A stretch of DNA of 62,793 nucleotides, filler included, from Chiloscyllium plagiosum (Eukaryota): assembly GCF_004010195.1 (NCBI RefSeq). It is 6 parts of 2 records of this genome, joined end to end, with 100 filler letters (N's around TTAATTAATTAA, not from the genome) between each part and the next. Parts side by side here need not be neighbours in the genome. Positions count along the whole stretch, not along the records: positions 60,099 to 62,793 come from NC_057711.1; 5 more parts are not named here. One strand, written 5' to 3'. This document shows, piece after piece, positions 62,575 through 62,793 of the stretch. Both the position numbers and the translations under genes were made by a program. Within the stretch, counting starts at the first letter, position 1, and every line of letters begins with the position of its first letter. The notes under the pieces are model-generated. The model did no database searches. It saw nothing but the letters and a program-made list of their open reading frames with translations, and was not told the DNA's origin.

Positions 62575-62793
62575 TCCTTTACTCTGTATCTAACCCTGTG
62601 CTGGAAATGTTTGATGGGGGACAGTGTAGAGGGGGCTTTACTCTGTATCTAACCACGTGCTGTCCCTGTGCTGGGAGTGTTTGATGGGGACAGTGTAGAG
62701 AGAGCTTTACTCTGTATCTAACCACGTGCTGTCCCTGTCCTGGGAGGGTTTGATGGGGGACAGTGTAGAGGGAGCTTTACTCTGTATCTAACC
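62575..62793. repeat. About 60-70-bp tandem satellite (tttactctgtatctaacc..gtttgatggggacagtgtagag)
   Basis: At least three units visible, running off the end of the window. Confidence 0.9.

Overview
Eukaryotic genomic DNA, most likely from a shark (inferred from HE1/V-type SINEs and the CR1/Penelope repeat mix). It is mostly transposon debris: many CR1 LINE fragments, Penelope-like elements carrying minimal hammerhead-ribozyme motifs, tRNA-derived SINEs, Rex1/Babar and Tx1-like 3' ends, Harbinger and Tigger relics, a heavily deleted retrovirus-like provirus with its 3' LTR, and large minisatellite arrays at the right end. I found no intact protein-coding gene. The main finding lies in the non-repeat islands: a chain of decayed + strand exon-like segments from about 1.75 kb to 54.6 kb. 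Read through stops and frameshifts, and after removing inserted transposons, they align with the C-terminal part of GREB1/GREB1L, i.e. the TAGT (TET/JBP-associated glycosyltransferase) domain and the GREB1 C-terminal domain. The modules appear repeated, roughly C-domain x2-3, TAGT x3, C-domain, unlike canonical single-copy GREB1/GREB1L. I made these alignments by eye against a human GREB1 sequence recalled from memory, so they need confirmation by profile search. Five 100-bp N/TTAATTAATTAA spacers are assembly joins, so contiguity across them is not guaranteed.
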